64,000 nt of DNA from Podarcis vaucheri (Eukaryota). Shown in pieces: positions 23,199 through 34,923 of this stretch (the stretch's first letter is position 1; every line of letters begins with the position of its first letter). The position numbers were made by a program, and so were the translations under genes. The notes under the pieces were generated by a model. It saw nothing but the letters and a program-made list of their open reading frames with translations, was not told where the DNA came from and searched no databases. The stretch lies in NCBI GenBank assembly GCA_965113315.1, contig OZ220363.1; one strand, 5' to 3'.

Positions 23199-23236
23199 GT
23201 ATCTGAAGAAGTGTGCATGCACACGAAAGCTTATAC
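23199..23236 (+). ncRNA. minimal type I hammerhead ribozyme motif, second copy
   Basis: GUAU-CUGAAGA-A-GUGUGCAUGCACAC-GAAA-GCUU-AUAC; one substitution (C>U at the cleavage position) versus the 11063 copy. Confidence 0.72.
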
Positions 23237-23288
23237 CAAGAACTAACTTAGTTGGTCTTTAAGGTGCTACAGGAAGGAATTTTTTTAT
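23199..23288 (+). mobile_element. short Penelope-like remnant
   Basis: Near-identical to 11063-11153; flanked by TTTAAAAAATG direct repeats (23189-23199/23289-23299). Confidence 0.8.
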
Positions 23289-24746
23289 TTTAAAAAATGA
23301 ACACCATAAAACCCCAAATAGATTAACTTATTTGTAACGTCTCCTTTCTCCATTTCCTTAAAAATGTTCCCATTTTTCCTCCCTCAACTTGTTGCATTGA
23401 GATCTTAAAGGTTTGCTGGATTCAGCTGCTGTTTTTATCTCTTGAGAAGCAAAAGAAGTGGAAAAGCAAACTTTAAAATGCCTGCCTCTGTTAATAAAAC
23501 TAAACTGCCTTAACATCCTGTGCAGGCAAATAGCTGAAATCTCCTCTTTGCTCCCAACCCCACACCCTTAATTGACAGTGAAGCCTGCCTCTGTAAAATC
23601 TTGGTGCTCAAACTGTGAGACTTAATAATTGGCGAAAAGAGTTCTGGTGGGGTTCTTTTTTTTAAAAAAATTACACCCCCAGGGCAGAGGACCCCCCTGC
23701 TTTGGCACCCTGATCTTCTGAGCACCTAAATAATATTAGAAAAGGAGGAAGGGAAGGAGGGTGGAAATGGCAAGAGGCTGGAATTCTGGCACCAATTAGT
23801 CTTGAGATTACTTAAAGAGGATTGCAATTTCAAGGCAAAAAAGAGTAGGGAGTGGGGTAAAGGGATTTGAAATGAGATTATGGGACCTAAAAGTGCCTTT
23901 CTTTTGTTAAGGAAATAATTCAACAGTTTTGTTCAAGCTGCTGCTGCGACAATCCAGTTTAGAAAACTTGTAAGTGTGAGATCAGCATCCTGTGGCTTTG
24001 GAGATGCAGCTGATCCCATTTTTCGTTTCTTTGAAAAAAAACAAAACCCCAACAGTTCTCCCACCTCCTCCAGCAGCTAAGCAAGCTATCCTAAAAGACT
24101 AGTGCCTTAATTAAAGGCTTTGTTCTTTTTCATTTAAGGAAAGGGGTTTTTTTTATCTGAAGTGGGAAGATGGGAAACGATATCTGGACCTCGCCTGCCC
24201 TGTTGCTTCATTTTCTTGCAGGTGTCCGGTTTGGGTCTCACCCTTCCCCCACCAACCAAACGTTTTAAAAACATGTCCTTGAGTCCTTAAAACTGTGTTT
24301 GGTGTAAATATTTTGTCCCACCCGAAGATCCACGATGGACAGCTTTCAGCTTCTAGTTCAGCAGTAGTGTTTGTAATCCTTATCTCAGCACCGAGGGCTA
24401 AGCTTGAGTCTTAAAAAAAAACAAAACCTAAAGCCAGACAAAAATACAGGATCAGCAGATGAGAAATCAAAAGTGTTTATCTGGATAATCTGCGTCTGAA
24501 CCTCTCTACTTGTTTTAAGGTCACACGAGGACTCTTCAAGACTTCTTTTTTAAAAAAAAAAGAAAGAAAAGAAAACTTTTAATTACTATAACGTGTTTCT
24601 CAACCCAAGATGAGTTACGATTAAAATGCACAAAAAGGTACCATATAATTAATTAGGGATATGTTGCAGGTGTGTGCATGATTGTGTATGTGAGTGATTT
24701 CTTGAGACTTACAGTCCAGGCCAGGAGTTTGTGTGAGTGTCTTAAG

Positions 24747-24915
24747 CAGGGGTCAGCAAACTTTTTCAGCAGGGGGCCAGTCCACTGTCCCTCAGACCTT
24801 GTGGAGGGCTGGACTATACTTTGAAAAGAAAAAAATGAATGAATTCCTATTCCCCACAAATAACCCAGAGATGCATTTTAAATAAAAGCACACATTCAAG
24901 TCATGTAAAAACACC
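24747..24915 (+). mobile_element. hAT MITE, 3'-truncated
   Basis: CAGGGGTCAGCAAAC start; homologous to 51412-51668 and (inverted) 30124-30376. Confidence 0.8.
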
Positions 24916-26508
24916 CTTCGAGAAGATGATTGGGGAATCCCTTTTCACAAGGTTAGCTGTTACCTTATGATGCTTGCAAGTAGGTGCTGGAAGGTATTTT
25001 CAAGGCCACTGCACGCATGTGGCACATCTTTTGGGAGAGAGAGAGGAAGAGAGAGATGTGGATTGGATGAGGTGTTTGCGTGCTGTGCAGCGTGATCCCC
25101 TTTTTCCCTTTTGGTAATTTGCTAATCAGTCATCTGAAGAATTTTGGGCAACTGAGAGGAAGTTGACCCCTTCTGCATAAATTGTGGAAAGGTCACCGCT
25201 GTTTAATGAATGGCGGCCTTACCTGCGTGATTAGTGTCATTTGTCTTGGGGAAAGTATTAAAGTGTTATGAAGTTAGTAGCGAAATAGACTTTTAGCATT
25301 CTCAGCCGGCTGACGGCAGGTTTGAGAACTGCGGTGAATACGAATGAAACCTGCACACTAAAGAGGGGGTGGCCTTAGTTTTAAAAGTGAGACAAGTCCT
25401 GCCATTAGTCTAGCAAACCCAAAAGATAAGACACAGAAGAGGGAAAGGGGGAGAGGAGGGTTAAGGTGGAAACAAGCTTTTAAAGTCCAGAAGAAAGTGT
25501 TGAGCTGCACGCATATTCTATCTAGTTCAGGCCAGGCTGATCTTCCCAGACTGATTGTTCTCCTTTGAAGAGCAGTTGGTGGGTGGGAGTTCTCCCTTTG
25601 GCCTTTCCCCTTGCCTTCTGCACTCCCAAGGGCAACTGGCAGTTAGAGACTTCCAGGCAGAGAGGAGGAAAGGACGGAGCTGTAGCTCTTTTGGCTGATG
25701 GATGGGGCCACAACGATCTTCCTGTTTTTGTCAGGCTCCTGGTGGTCCTTCATTCCCTGATAGATGTCAGAGGCCAGACAGTGCTTGCCCTTCAGCTCTG
25801 AAGTCCCAAGGCTGCAGTCATGTAAATTTACTGCATTCATTTCAAATTGCCAGGTGCAGGTGATGGTCGCTTGTGAGTAACCAGGCAGGACTCTGACTTC
25901 TCTTTTACAGGTTTTATTGTGCAAACTATTTACAGTGCAGAACCACAAAGTACATGTCCGTCTTAGTCACCTGCAGAATCTGGGAGTGTCCCCTTTCGGC
26001 TTCTCCCCCAGCATAAGAACTTCGGTACCCCAAGTCTCCACCTCCCCTCTTTTCGTTTCACCCCTCTGCGCAAGCTGGGCGACAGAAGTGGCCTGCGTCC
26101 CTCCTGCCCAGCCTGGCTAAGTGAGGCGCTGGGGCTCTCAGCCCTTTCCTCGCTTGGCTGGCCCCTTCCCTTTCTTCTCCACTGGAGGTGTGTTTTTTTC
26201 CACTGCTGGAGGAGGAACTGCTCCTCAGGAATTTTGGAGGCTCCCTGTATCCCTGCGGGCCCCCTGCCTCCCTCCCCTGTTCCGATGGCAGTCCCCTGAC
26301 ACAAATATTATAGGGGTGGAAATCCAGCCTGGTCATTTGTGTTACTTACGAATGCAGCGATCAGATCTAAATGAAATTCTCTTCAAAAAAAACAGCCAAA
26401 CCCAGCTTAAAATAGTTCACAAGAAACTTCAGCCCATTAACATCTGCTTTTATGCACTTGCTTCTTGAAATGAACAAACGGAGGCCACTGTCTGAGCTAC
26501 CTAATAAT

Positions 26509-27001
26509 GTTGTTGTCGTTTAGTCGTTACCGACTCTTCGTGACCCCATGGACCAGAGCACACCAGGCACTCTTGTCTTCCACTGCCTCCCGCAGTTTGG
26601 TCAAACTCATGTTGGTAGCTTCCATAACACTATCCAACAATCTCGTCCTCTGTCGTCCCGTTCTCCTTGTGCCCTCCATCTTTCCCAGCATCAGGGTCTT
26701 TTCCAGTGAGTCTTCTCTTCTCATGAGGTGGCCAAAGTATTGGAGCCTCAGCTTCACGATCTGTCCTTCCAGTGAGCACTCAGGGCTGATTTCCTTCAGA
26801 ATGGAGAGCTTTGATCTTCTTGCAGTCCATGGGACTCTCAAGAGTCTCCTCCAGCACCATAATTCAAAAGCATCAATTCTTCGGCGATCAGCCTTCTTAA
26901 TGGTCCAGCTCTCACTTCCATACATCACTACTGGGAAAACCATGGCTTTAACTATACATACCTTTGTTGGCAAGGTGATGTCTCTGCTTTTTAAGATGCT
27001 G
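26509..27001 (-). mobile_element. BovB (RTE clade) LINE 3' fragment
   Basis: ORF 26527-26973 (-): VKAMVFPVVMYGSESWTIKKADRRRIDAFELWCWRRLLRVPWTARRS..., typical of BovB; (CAA)n tail; 11-bp TSD TACCTAATAAT. Confidence 0.95.
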
Positions 27002-27014
27002 TACCTAATAATAG

Positions 27015-27898
27015 CTGAACATAAGAAGCTCCTGCTGGATCAGCCCAATGGCCCACCTAGTCCACCATCAAACAGTTGCCTGTGGGAAGTTCTCAAGCAG
27101 GACCTGAACACAAGGCCATTCTCCCCTCCTGCACTTTCTAGCAGCTGGTGCTCAGAAGCGTTACTGCCTCCAGCCATGGAGGTAGAGCCTCATGACTAGT
27201 AGCCATCAATAGCCCTCTCCTCCATGAACTTGTCCAAACCTCTTTTAAAGCCATCACTGCCTCCTGTGGCAGTGAGTTCCATAGTTTATGCGCTGCATGA
27301 GGAAGTGCTTGATTTTATTAGCCCTGAACCTTCCCAACATTCTGCTTCATTGGATGTGCCGAAATGTTATGAGCACTTGTTCTTTAGATGTCCCTTTTAT
27401 GAAGAGGCACGTAGTGAGACCATTGAATCCCCTGCTGGTGAGGCTAGCAGACCTCCAGGAAAAGCAAAAATTTGACCTTTTCCTGTTAGGCAAAGATCAT
27501 AAAACGACCCGGATGGTCGCCAGATTCTGTGTACAGGTCTGTAGGCGCAGACCATCCCCCGACCCAAACTAGTTCGTTAAGAAAATCCCCAAACTCGGTT
27601 TCATGGGTGACTCTGGGTCATCTCTCTGTGGTAGCTTATCTTAAAGTTTTAAGTGTCTATACACTTATCACATTTATAAATTTTAAATTTATCGTTGCAC
27701 ATTGTTTTAAATGTTTGTTTTCCTTCTGGGATTGTACCCCCAAGTGTGTTTTATAAGCTGGTCTCCGACCATAATAAGTCTAAGTCTAAGTGTTATGAGG
27801 GAGGGAGGGAGGGAGGGAGGGAGAGAGGGAGAAAAAAACCCTTTTCCTATCCACTTTCTGTGTGCCATGCATAATTTTATAAGCTTCTACCATATCAC
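27015..27898 (-). mobile_element. old CR1 3' region, interrupted at 27374-27790
   Basis: gaacataagaa...ctgctggatcag...ggccca.ctagtcca 3' end and ctcctgtggcagtgagttcca; homology resumes after 27800. Confidence 0.65.
27374..27790 (+). mobile_element. 3' end of an unclassified non-LTR retrotransposon (possibly RTE-X-like)
   Basis: EHLFFRCPFYEEAR zinc-knuckle-like C-terminal motif, frameshifted to ...PLL...LLGKDHKTTRMVARFC; (TAAGTC)n tail; 9-bp TSD TGTTATGAG. Confidence 0.7.
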
Positions 27899-28552
27899 CA
27901 AGAGCATCTTCCCTCACCCCTGGAATGCTTTGGATTTGAGCCATTGGCCTTCAGATGACTCTTCCCTGCCAGGCTTACGAACTCCTGTGTTCTCTTTAAA
28001 ATAGGATAAACTTTTCTGGCTGTCCTTAAAAAAAAAATAAACACAGCAGATTTTTTTTATTAGTTATTATTTAATGGGTAATGTCTACGCTTTATTGCTA
28101 AACATGGCCTTCTGATAGTTTTTGTAGATTGCAGGGCAGAGGCTGGTACTTTGCCCCCTGCCACCTCAGGGCCTCCTGGAATAGGGAAAAAAATGGATTG
28201 GTAGCACTTATCATAAGTAGCTGTCACCATGGTTATGCATACCATCACTGTAACATGATACAAAGCATGTGTCTGTGAAATATAAACAGAACACAAGCTG
28301 CTCCGCTAGTAAGCTCTGTGGAAGTTTGGAGGACCTGAGCAATGCAGTAGCAGAAGAGAAGAGAAACCACTTCTTAGCTCTGCACGACAAAAAGTTTCTC
28401 GCTTTGCAGCAGCTACCTTCTTTCTTGAATATGCATGGTTTGATAGTGTAGTGGTTGCTTAGGTCATGATTAAAGAAAACTCTGTGCACTTAACATACAT
28501 CCAGATTTCCAAGATTAACTGTAAATATATAGGGGCTGTGGCTAGGTCTAGA

Positions 28553-28695
28553 TTATTATTATTATTGCGCACGCACACACACAAACACACTGCCCATTTG
28601 GCTGGGTTTCCCCAGCCACTCTGGGTGGTTTACAGCATGTCTAAAAACATAATAAAAACATCAAGCATTAAAAACCTGCCTTCAGATGTCTTCTA
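28553..28695 (-). mobile_element. L2-like 3' end
   Basis: (ATT)n followed by the same conserved segment as 13580-13665 and ctgccttcagatgtcttcta. Confidence 0.65.
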
Positions 28696-28821
28696 GGAGT
28701 AGGTGTGAGCAGAAGATCTTGTGGTATGGTTTGTTCATGATGTCAAATTTTGGAGGTTAAGTCAGTGTATATATAATGAATAAATAGATCCAGGGTGTTT
28801 GAGCCCATGCTACCTTGATAA

Positions 28822-29250
28822 CAGTGTCAAAAACCGAGATAGAAAAGCTAGGAGCCAAATGGGACTAGGGTTGTGGGTGCCAAAACAGGATGTCTAGTCT
28901 GGGGCGGCAACACTTTTTCTTTACTGTTTTGGTAAGCATGAATTAATATGCAATTCATCTAAATGATACATTTTTAGCAGAAATGGTCAATACACATTTA
29001 ATTTGGCCTTTACAATAAAAAAGATAGGTACCATACTTCAGTTTTCAAAACACTCTATTCTTTATTGTTGAACTCCTTAACATATTGTCTATCCTTGACC
29101 TATACTTCAAGGCTTCAAAGCACATACATTTCAGTAATCCTTGAGTGTCAGCCAGGCACAAAAAATGGCACCCAGACTTCTGGAGGTGCTTGCAAATGGA
29201 GAATCTTTAGGCACAAAATGCGCCTGGTGCCCTGCTAATTTCGAACCCTG
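28822..29250. mobile_element. hAT-type element, copy without the Penelope insertion
   Basis: Colinear with 10786-11430; TSD CTTGATAA/CGTGAGAA. Confidence 0.8.
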
Positions 29251-29815
29251 CGTGAGAATTACCATGGCATAGGTGTTGTAGCCTGTTGAAGCAAAAACAA
29301 TTAAGACTTCTGGCACATTAAGGACAAACAAATTCAGTAGGACATTTTGTGGACTACAGTGCTGGACGAAGTGGTCTTTTAGTTGCCTTAGGATCTTCCA
29401 GTTACTGTTGTGGTTCAAAGTATTGCCTGACTTGGACTTGTACGCTCTGTCTTCTAGTTCAAACAGCGGTTTCCAATTCTGCTTTGAAGGCAGACTGATT
29501 AGTGCAACGATCTTTTTGCCCATTCAGGATGTAACAGAAATGTGATAGTTGGTGCAGATCAGCAAGTAGCAGAGAGAACTGGAGCCTGTGTTCTTATCTG
29601 GTGGAGGAACTGACAGGGCAAACCACAGGTCTCTGGCTGCAGCCCCAAGGAGTTGCACGATCCTAGCTTCCACCTTCAGTGATAGCTAACCACATACCTT
29701 AGGACAACTCAGAAGAAGGGCACAATTGGACATAGCCATCCCATGATACTGTTCCCAGCGACTGATAATCAAAGGTACACAACTTCTGAACAGAGAAGTT
29801 CAATGATTAGTTGTA

Positions 29816-30030
29816 CAGTGGTACCTCGGGTAACAGACGCTTCAGGTTACAGACTGCGCTAACCCAGAAATAGTTCCTTGGGTTAAGAACTTTGCTTCAG
29901 GATGAGAACAGAAATTGCACAGCGGCAGTGGGAGGCCCCATTAGCTAAAGTGGTGCTTCAGGTTAAGAACAGTTTCAGGTTAAGAATGGACCTCCAGAAT
30001 GAATTAAGATCTTAACCCAAGGTACCACTG
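29816..30030 (+). mobile_element. Tigger-like MITE
   Basis: CAGTGGTACC TIRs with TA TSD. Confidence 0.9.
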
Positions 30031-30123
30031 TAATGGCTAGTAACCATGAGCCACGGGAGACCCAGATTCAAATCCTCATCCAGTTCACTGGATGTCCTTG
30101 ATCCAATTGCTATCTGTTTAGGC

Positions 30124-30376
30124 CAAGTGTAGGCAGACTTAGGCCTGAGGGCCAGATCCGGCCCAATCGCCTTCTAAATCTGGCCCGCAGACGGTCCGGA
30201 AATCAGCATGTTTTCACATGAGTAGAATGTGCCCTTTTATTTAAAATGCATCTCTGGGTTATTTGTGGGGCATAGGAATTCGTTCATTTTTTCCTCCTTC
30301 AAAATATAGTCTGGCCCCCCACAAGGTCTGAGGGACAGTGGACTGGCCCCCTGCTGAAGTAGTTTGCTGACCCCAG
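30124..30376 (-). mobile_element. hAT MITE nested in an old SINE
   Basis: Reverse complement of 51412-51668; TSD GTTTAGGC/TATTAGGC. Confidence 0.85.
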
Positions 30377-32636
30377 TATTAGGCTAAATTACCTCCTGGT
30401 AGTGTTGTGAGAATAAGATGGGGTTTGGGAATAAGCCCCTTGCATCCTGCTGTGAGGGCTGGTGGGATTTTTTTAAAAAAGAATTAATAAAATAATAGAT
30501 TTTTTTGTACAATGGATTTATCTAAGTTGTCTTAAAAGATACTTGTGCTAGAGGCCATGTGGCAATGAATTAGGCAAGTTAATTGCTTGCTGTGTTGAAG
30601 AAGTGCTTCTTTTGTTTGACTCAAACCGGCTGACAGTCAATTTATGCGTGCGACTCGGATTCTAGTGTTTTGGGAGAAGGGATTTATCCGTGTTCACTTT
30701 CTCTGCACTGATCTTAATTTTGTTAACATCTATCAGGCTCCCTCGTCCCGCTGCTCCTGCTGTCCTTAGTCGCTTTTCTAAGATATAAAAAACAAAACAA
30801 AAACCTAACAACTTTATTAATCTAACTTTATTTGCAGGGGAAATCTCCATCCCTTCCTGATAATTACACTGAGCTTCGTGGATGGGGGAAGGGTGCTTTC
30901 TTTGCGATTTTGGCAGCAGTTTTGAACTATTCCAGTCTCTTTCCTGTGTAATTGCTAAAGTTAAATGTATGCCCTTTGCGGGGAAGGGGCTAGGCTGGGA
31001 GAGACCCAGTTCTGAAGTCTTGGAGAGCCTCTACCAGTCAGGCCCATTACTTGTGAGCACATTTGTGCACAAATTACGGGCTGCTGTTTTCTTTTTTTAA
31101 AAAAAAATTGTCTGCAGAAGGAAACATTTTTAAACATTGTTTCATTAACCCACAGCTTTATTGAACATGTCTGGCATCCTAATTTTCCCTTGGCAACTTC
31201 CCTACAAATGCCACCGAAGTAAAATGTGGTGGTGGAGAAGGAGGAGGAAATGCTTTCAAAGAAATCTTAACAGCACTCTCAGAAGCAAGCAAAAAAAGAG
31301 GGAGAAGCTTTGGTCAAAATGCTTAAGTGTTTGAACTAGATAGCTTGATTTGAAAATATATTTCTCCAAAGTTATACTGGAAGTAACCCAAGAGGGACTC
31401 AGGTGTTTTCGATCCTTTGCTCACATCTTCTGAAAACTATTTTAAGAAAATGGCAACGGCTAGAACTCTGCTGCAGAACCAGAGAGTTCCGCTCTTTGCC
31501 ACTATGCCAAGTAGTATATATAAATTTGTTCTTGAAGTAAGTCGTTTCTCTGACTTCAGCAGCTTCCCGCTGATGGAACTCAAAACTAGTTAGTACTCCT
31601 GTTTGCTGTTCATGGGAAAAGAGGCATGGGCTCCTCTCAAATTTATATCGGCATGATTCCAGTAGCTTAGATCTTAGTGTGTCACCCAGCAAGATAGCTG
31701 TACAAATATGAAAATAGGAGAATTGCATGCTAACAATGGAAGGCAGTCTGTCATTGAAGAGGGGTGGAGGTGAGAAGATTTTAACTTGTTTATTTCTAAT
31801 TAGTTTATATTTCTTGAAGACGTTTCTGGGGATAATGAGAAATTGTTAACCCCAACATTAGTTTATTTTACAACGTAGTAAAAATATTATGAGCCCTATC
31901 CATCCTGAGTTCAAGCACTTTTAAATACTCAAAACAGTAGACTTTAAACGTGTTTGAACATTAGATGGATGGTGCCCTAAATGTCTTGGCATAAACACAT
32001 TAAAATATTGAAATATATTTTAATTAGTCCAGTTACTTTTCTGTTTCTTCTCTTCCTTGGCTTGTGAAGAATACTGCTAGCTGTTGCTAGGTAACACCTA
32101 ATTGTGATATTAACTGCCAGCAGCTGTCAGAAGGAGCGGTAAATTCTTTTATCTTGTTAACAAAATTTACTAAAGCGATGGCAAGACATAAATATTCATT
32201 TTTAATTTCAAAATTTTATAATGCTGCAATGTAGACTAGGCTGTGACTAGGTTTTATATATTAGTAATTCTTTGTAGAACTTCTGGCTAAAGAAACAGTC
32301 TCTAATCCTACTTCTACCTCGTTCCTGCCCTAAACGTTAGCAGATCATTGTATTGTACGTTGTTGAAGGCTGTTTTCAGATTGCCAAGTGATTATTTATC
32401 AACATAGATATGAACATTAGTAAGACCTGTTGGCGTTCACAAGTGTAAATGGATTCCTGATTGCAAATCCTTCTCTCCCGCTTTGATGACTAGCTGTGAG
32501 GACTAAGCTCCTTTCAATTCCTGCCAGTCATAAAGTATTGGGCTTGGTTTATGTTGGAACAGTAGCTGCTGTTGGGCAAGATGCAAAGAGCCCCATGCGC
32601 ACTCAGAAAGCAGTTCTGCAATCAAGATGCTGACAG

Positions 32637-32795
32637 GCTGTAACTCAGAGGTAGAGCTTTGGCTTTGCATGCCTAAGGCCCCAGATTCTACCCCTGGTAT
32701 CTCCAGGTGGGGCTACAAGGGTTCCCTGCCTGAAACCCTGGAAAGCAGCTACCAGTGGGAACTATATACTAAGCTTATTGGATTAGTGAAGTGAC
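32637..32795 (+). mobile_element. old tRNA-derived SINE
   Basis: gctgtaactcagaggtagagc..gctttgcatg..aaggcccca head and cctgcctgaaaccctgga body; relatives at 33510-33660 (-) and 49775-49870. Confidence 0.65.
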
Positions 32796-32885
32796 TTGGG
32801 TATGTAAGAGTGTGGCAATTTCCCCATATTCTGGCTGCAGTACCTTTTCAAGAGACTGCAAAGGGAAGGACTATAAGACCCCTGG

Positions 32886-33501
32886 TGTCAAACACAAGTG
32901 GCTTCCTTACCCAAGTCAGATAGCTTTCAGGGCTGGAGTTGGGTAGGTCAGCAACCAAACAATAAATCACCATAGGCCAGTGAAGTTAACTCTTTATTCA
33001 AGGAAGCAAACCACAGCTGGAGGTCTTCCCCCAATGAGGCATTTGCGAGGACTGAAGGTCCCTCCCCACTAGATCTCCTCCTCTCCAAGGTCTTTCTTGT
33101 GCCGTCTCAGCCTGCATCTGCACGCAACCTACCCTTGATCTGGCCGTTTCATTACTCTTGTGTGTTCTAGGAGACCAGGGTGGAGGGAAGCTGGTCGCAG
33201 CAGGAGGGGGAGACTCCCTGGTTTCTTCTGCAGCCGGCCTCCCTCCCTCCTGGCCCTACTCCTCCCCAGCCCCGCTTCTGCCTCGGTGTCTGGACTGTTC
33301 CCTGCTGCAACATCTTCCTGTTCACTAAACCCTGTCACTATTTCTGCTTCCAACACCGACGCCTCCTCCTAGCCTGCTCCTTCTCTCTCTGACCACTCAT
33401 CACCATCCCACCACCAATCCTCTGGCTCTGAGCCTTCTTCCCCAGGGGGGTTCCCTAGCTGGTGCCTCCCACCACTCTTCTGCATACAGCCAGTCCATGA
33501 C
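32886..33501 (-). mobile_element. probable solo LTR
   Basis: TGTCA...TGAC termini (terminal A missing), 5-bp TSD CCTGG, minus-strand AATAAA near the inferred 3' end, purine-skewed body. Confidence 0.6.
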
Positions 33502-34681
33502 CCTGGCATAGTATCATCTGCATTGACTGTTGGTGGCTCCCCGGGTTTCAGGCAAGGGTCTTTCTCAGCCATATCTGAGGGGTGGGGAGGTGGGAGAGAC
33601 AAGGATTGAACCTTGGACCCTTCGTGTGCAAAGAATGTGCTCTTATCATTGAACGTTGGCCCCTTAAACCCCCTGCCAATATACAAAAAAACATACAGGA
33701 TAATCTGCAAGACTTCGAGTAATCAGAATGCCTTGGACTATGTATGTACTGGGGTTTTTCCTCCCTTTTGGTGAAATACCTAAAGTTTGATTCCACTCTG
33801 AACCACTCCTCCTCCTCCTCAAGCAGTAGTTAGCCCTGTTGAGGCATTCTGTCTCCCATGGATGGAAATTATTTGGGGCATGACACCAGGATCTGCCCCA
33901 AAATGGTTGCTTTGCTAGCCTTGCCCAGTGCCATCTTGTGCTAGACCTTGTGACTCCTGTACGAACAACTATGAAACATTGGGTGCTTTGCCAATGCGCA
34001 GGGAATTCAGAGAACTCTGGGTTAGCAGGGGTGGGGTTTAGGTTTCTTGGAAAGGGGTTGATTGTTCTTGGTGGCTCAGTTTCTCCCCCTCGTGACTCAG
34101 ATAAAAACCTGTTTTGCATGAGTGCTGCCAATATTGTATTTACTTTTGTCATTTCCCTTGAATGCCCTCAGTTCACTGCCCCACCCCCTTAAATCACAAA
34201 TAGATTTGTTGAGGTTTGGGCCATGTTAGATGTTCGTATTACTGCCTTAAGAGTGGAAAAAATCAGGAAGTATCCGAAGTGCCTGTTTATTTTTATGATT
34301 TTACAACCTATTTAAGAGGTGAAAGTTGAAAAAGACCATATGATCACTAAAACCATTATTGGTTTTAACATGCATTGGCTTTAATATGTCAATAATATGC
34401 CATCACTTGTAATGGATAGAAAAATTAACTTTTCAACTCTGCAGTGGGCCTGTGTATCTTGTGTGAAGTTTAAGAGGCATGTCATTAAAATGATGACATC
34501 ATCAGGCCCCTTTTTTCAACACGGAAACAGTTTGTGCTGTACTTGAAAGTTTTTGCTTCTCCTTGAGTAGATGCAAATAATAACTGAAATTAAAACCTAA
34601 TTTTAAGGAGAAATAGTGATGACTTGGATAAATGGAGGCTTACAAAAAAGAGGCTTCTGTTCTCACATTATTAGCTTAGTA

Positions 34682-34923
34682 CAGTGGTACCTCGGGTTAC
34701 ATATGCTTCAGGTTGCATTCACTTCAGGTTACAGACTCCGCTAACCCAGAATTAGTACCTCGGGTTAAGAACTTTGCTTCAGGATGAGAACAGAAATCGT
34801 GCTCCAGCAGTGCAGCGGCAGCAGGAGGCCCCATTAGCTAAAGTGGTGCTTCAGGTTAAGAACAGTTTCAGGTTAAGAACGGACCTCCGGAACGAATTAA
34901 GTACTTAACCCGAGGTACCATTG
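34682..34923 (+). mobile_element. Tigger-like MITE
   Basis: CAGTGGTACCTCGGGTTA TIR with TA TSD. Confidence 0.9.

Noticed and set aside
26507-27199. 230-aa + strand ORF, the longest in the track
   Set aside because: It is the antisense frame of the BovB fragment running into CR1 sequence, not a host gene.
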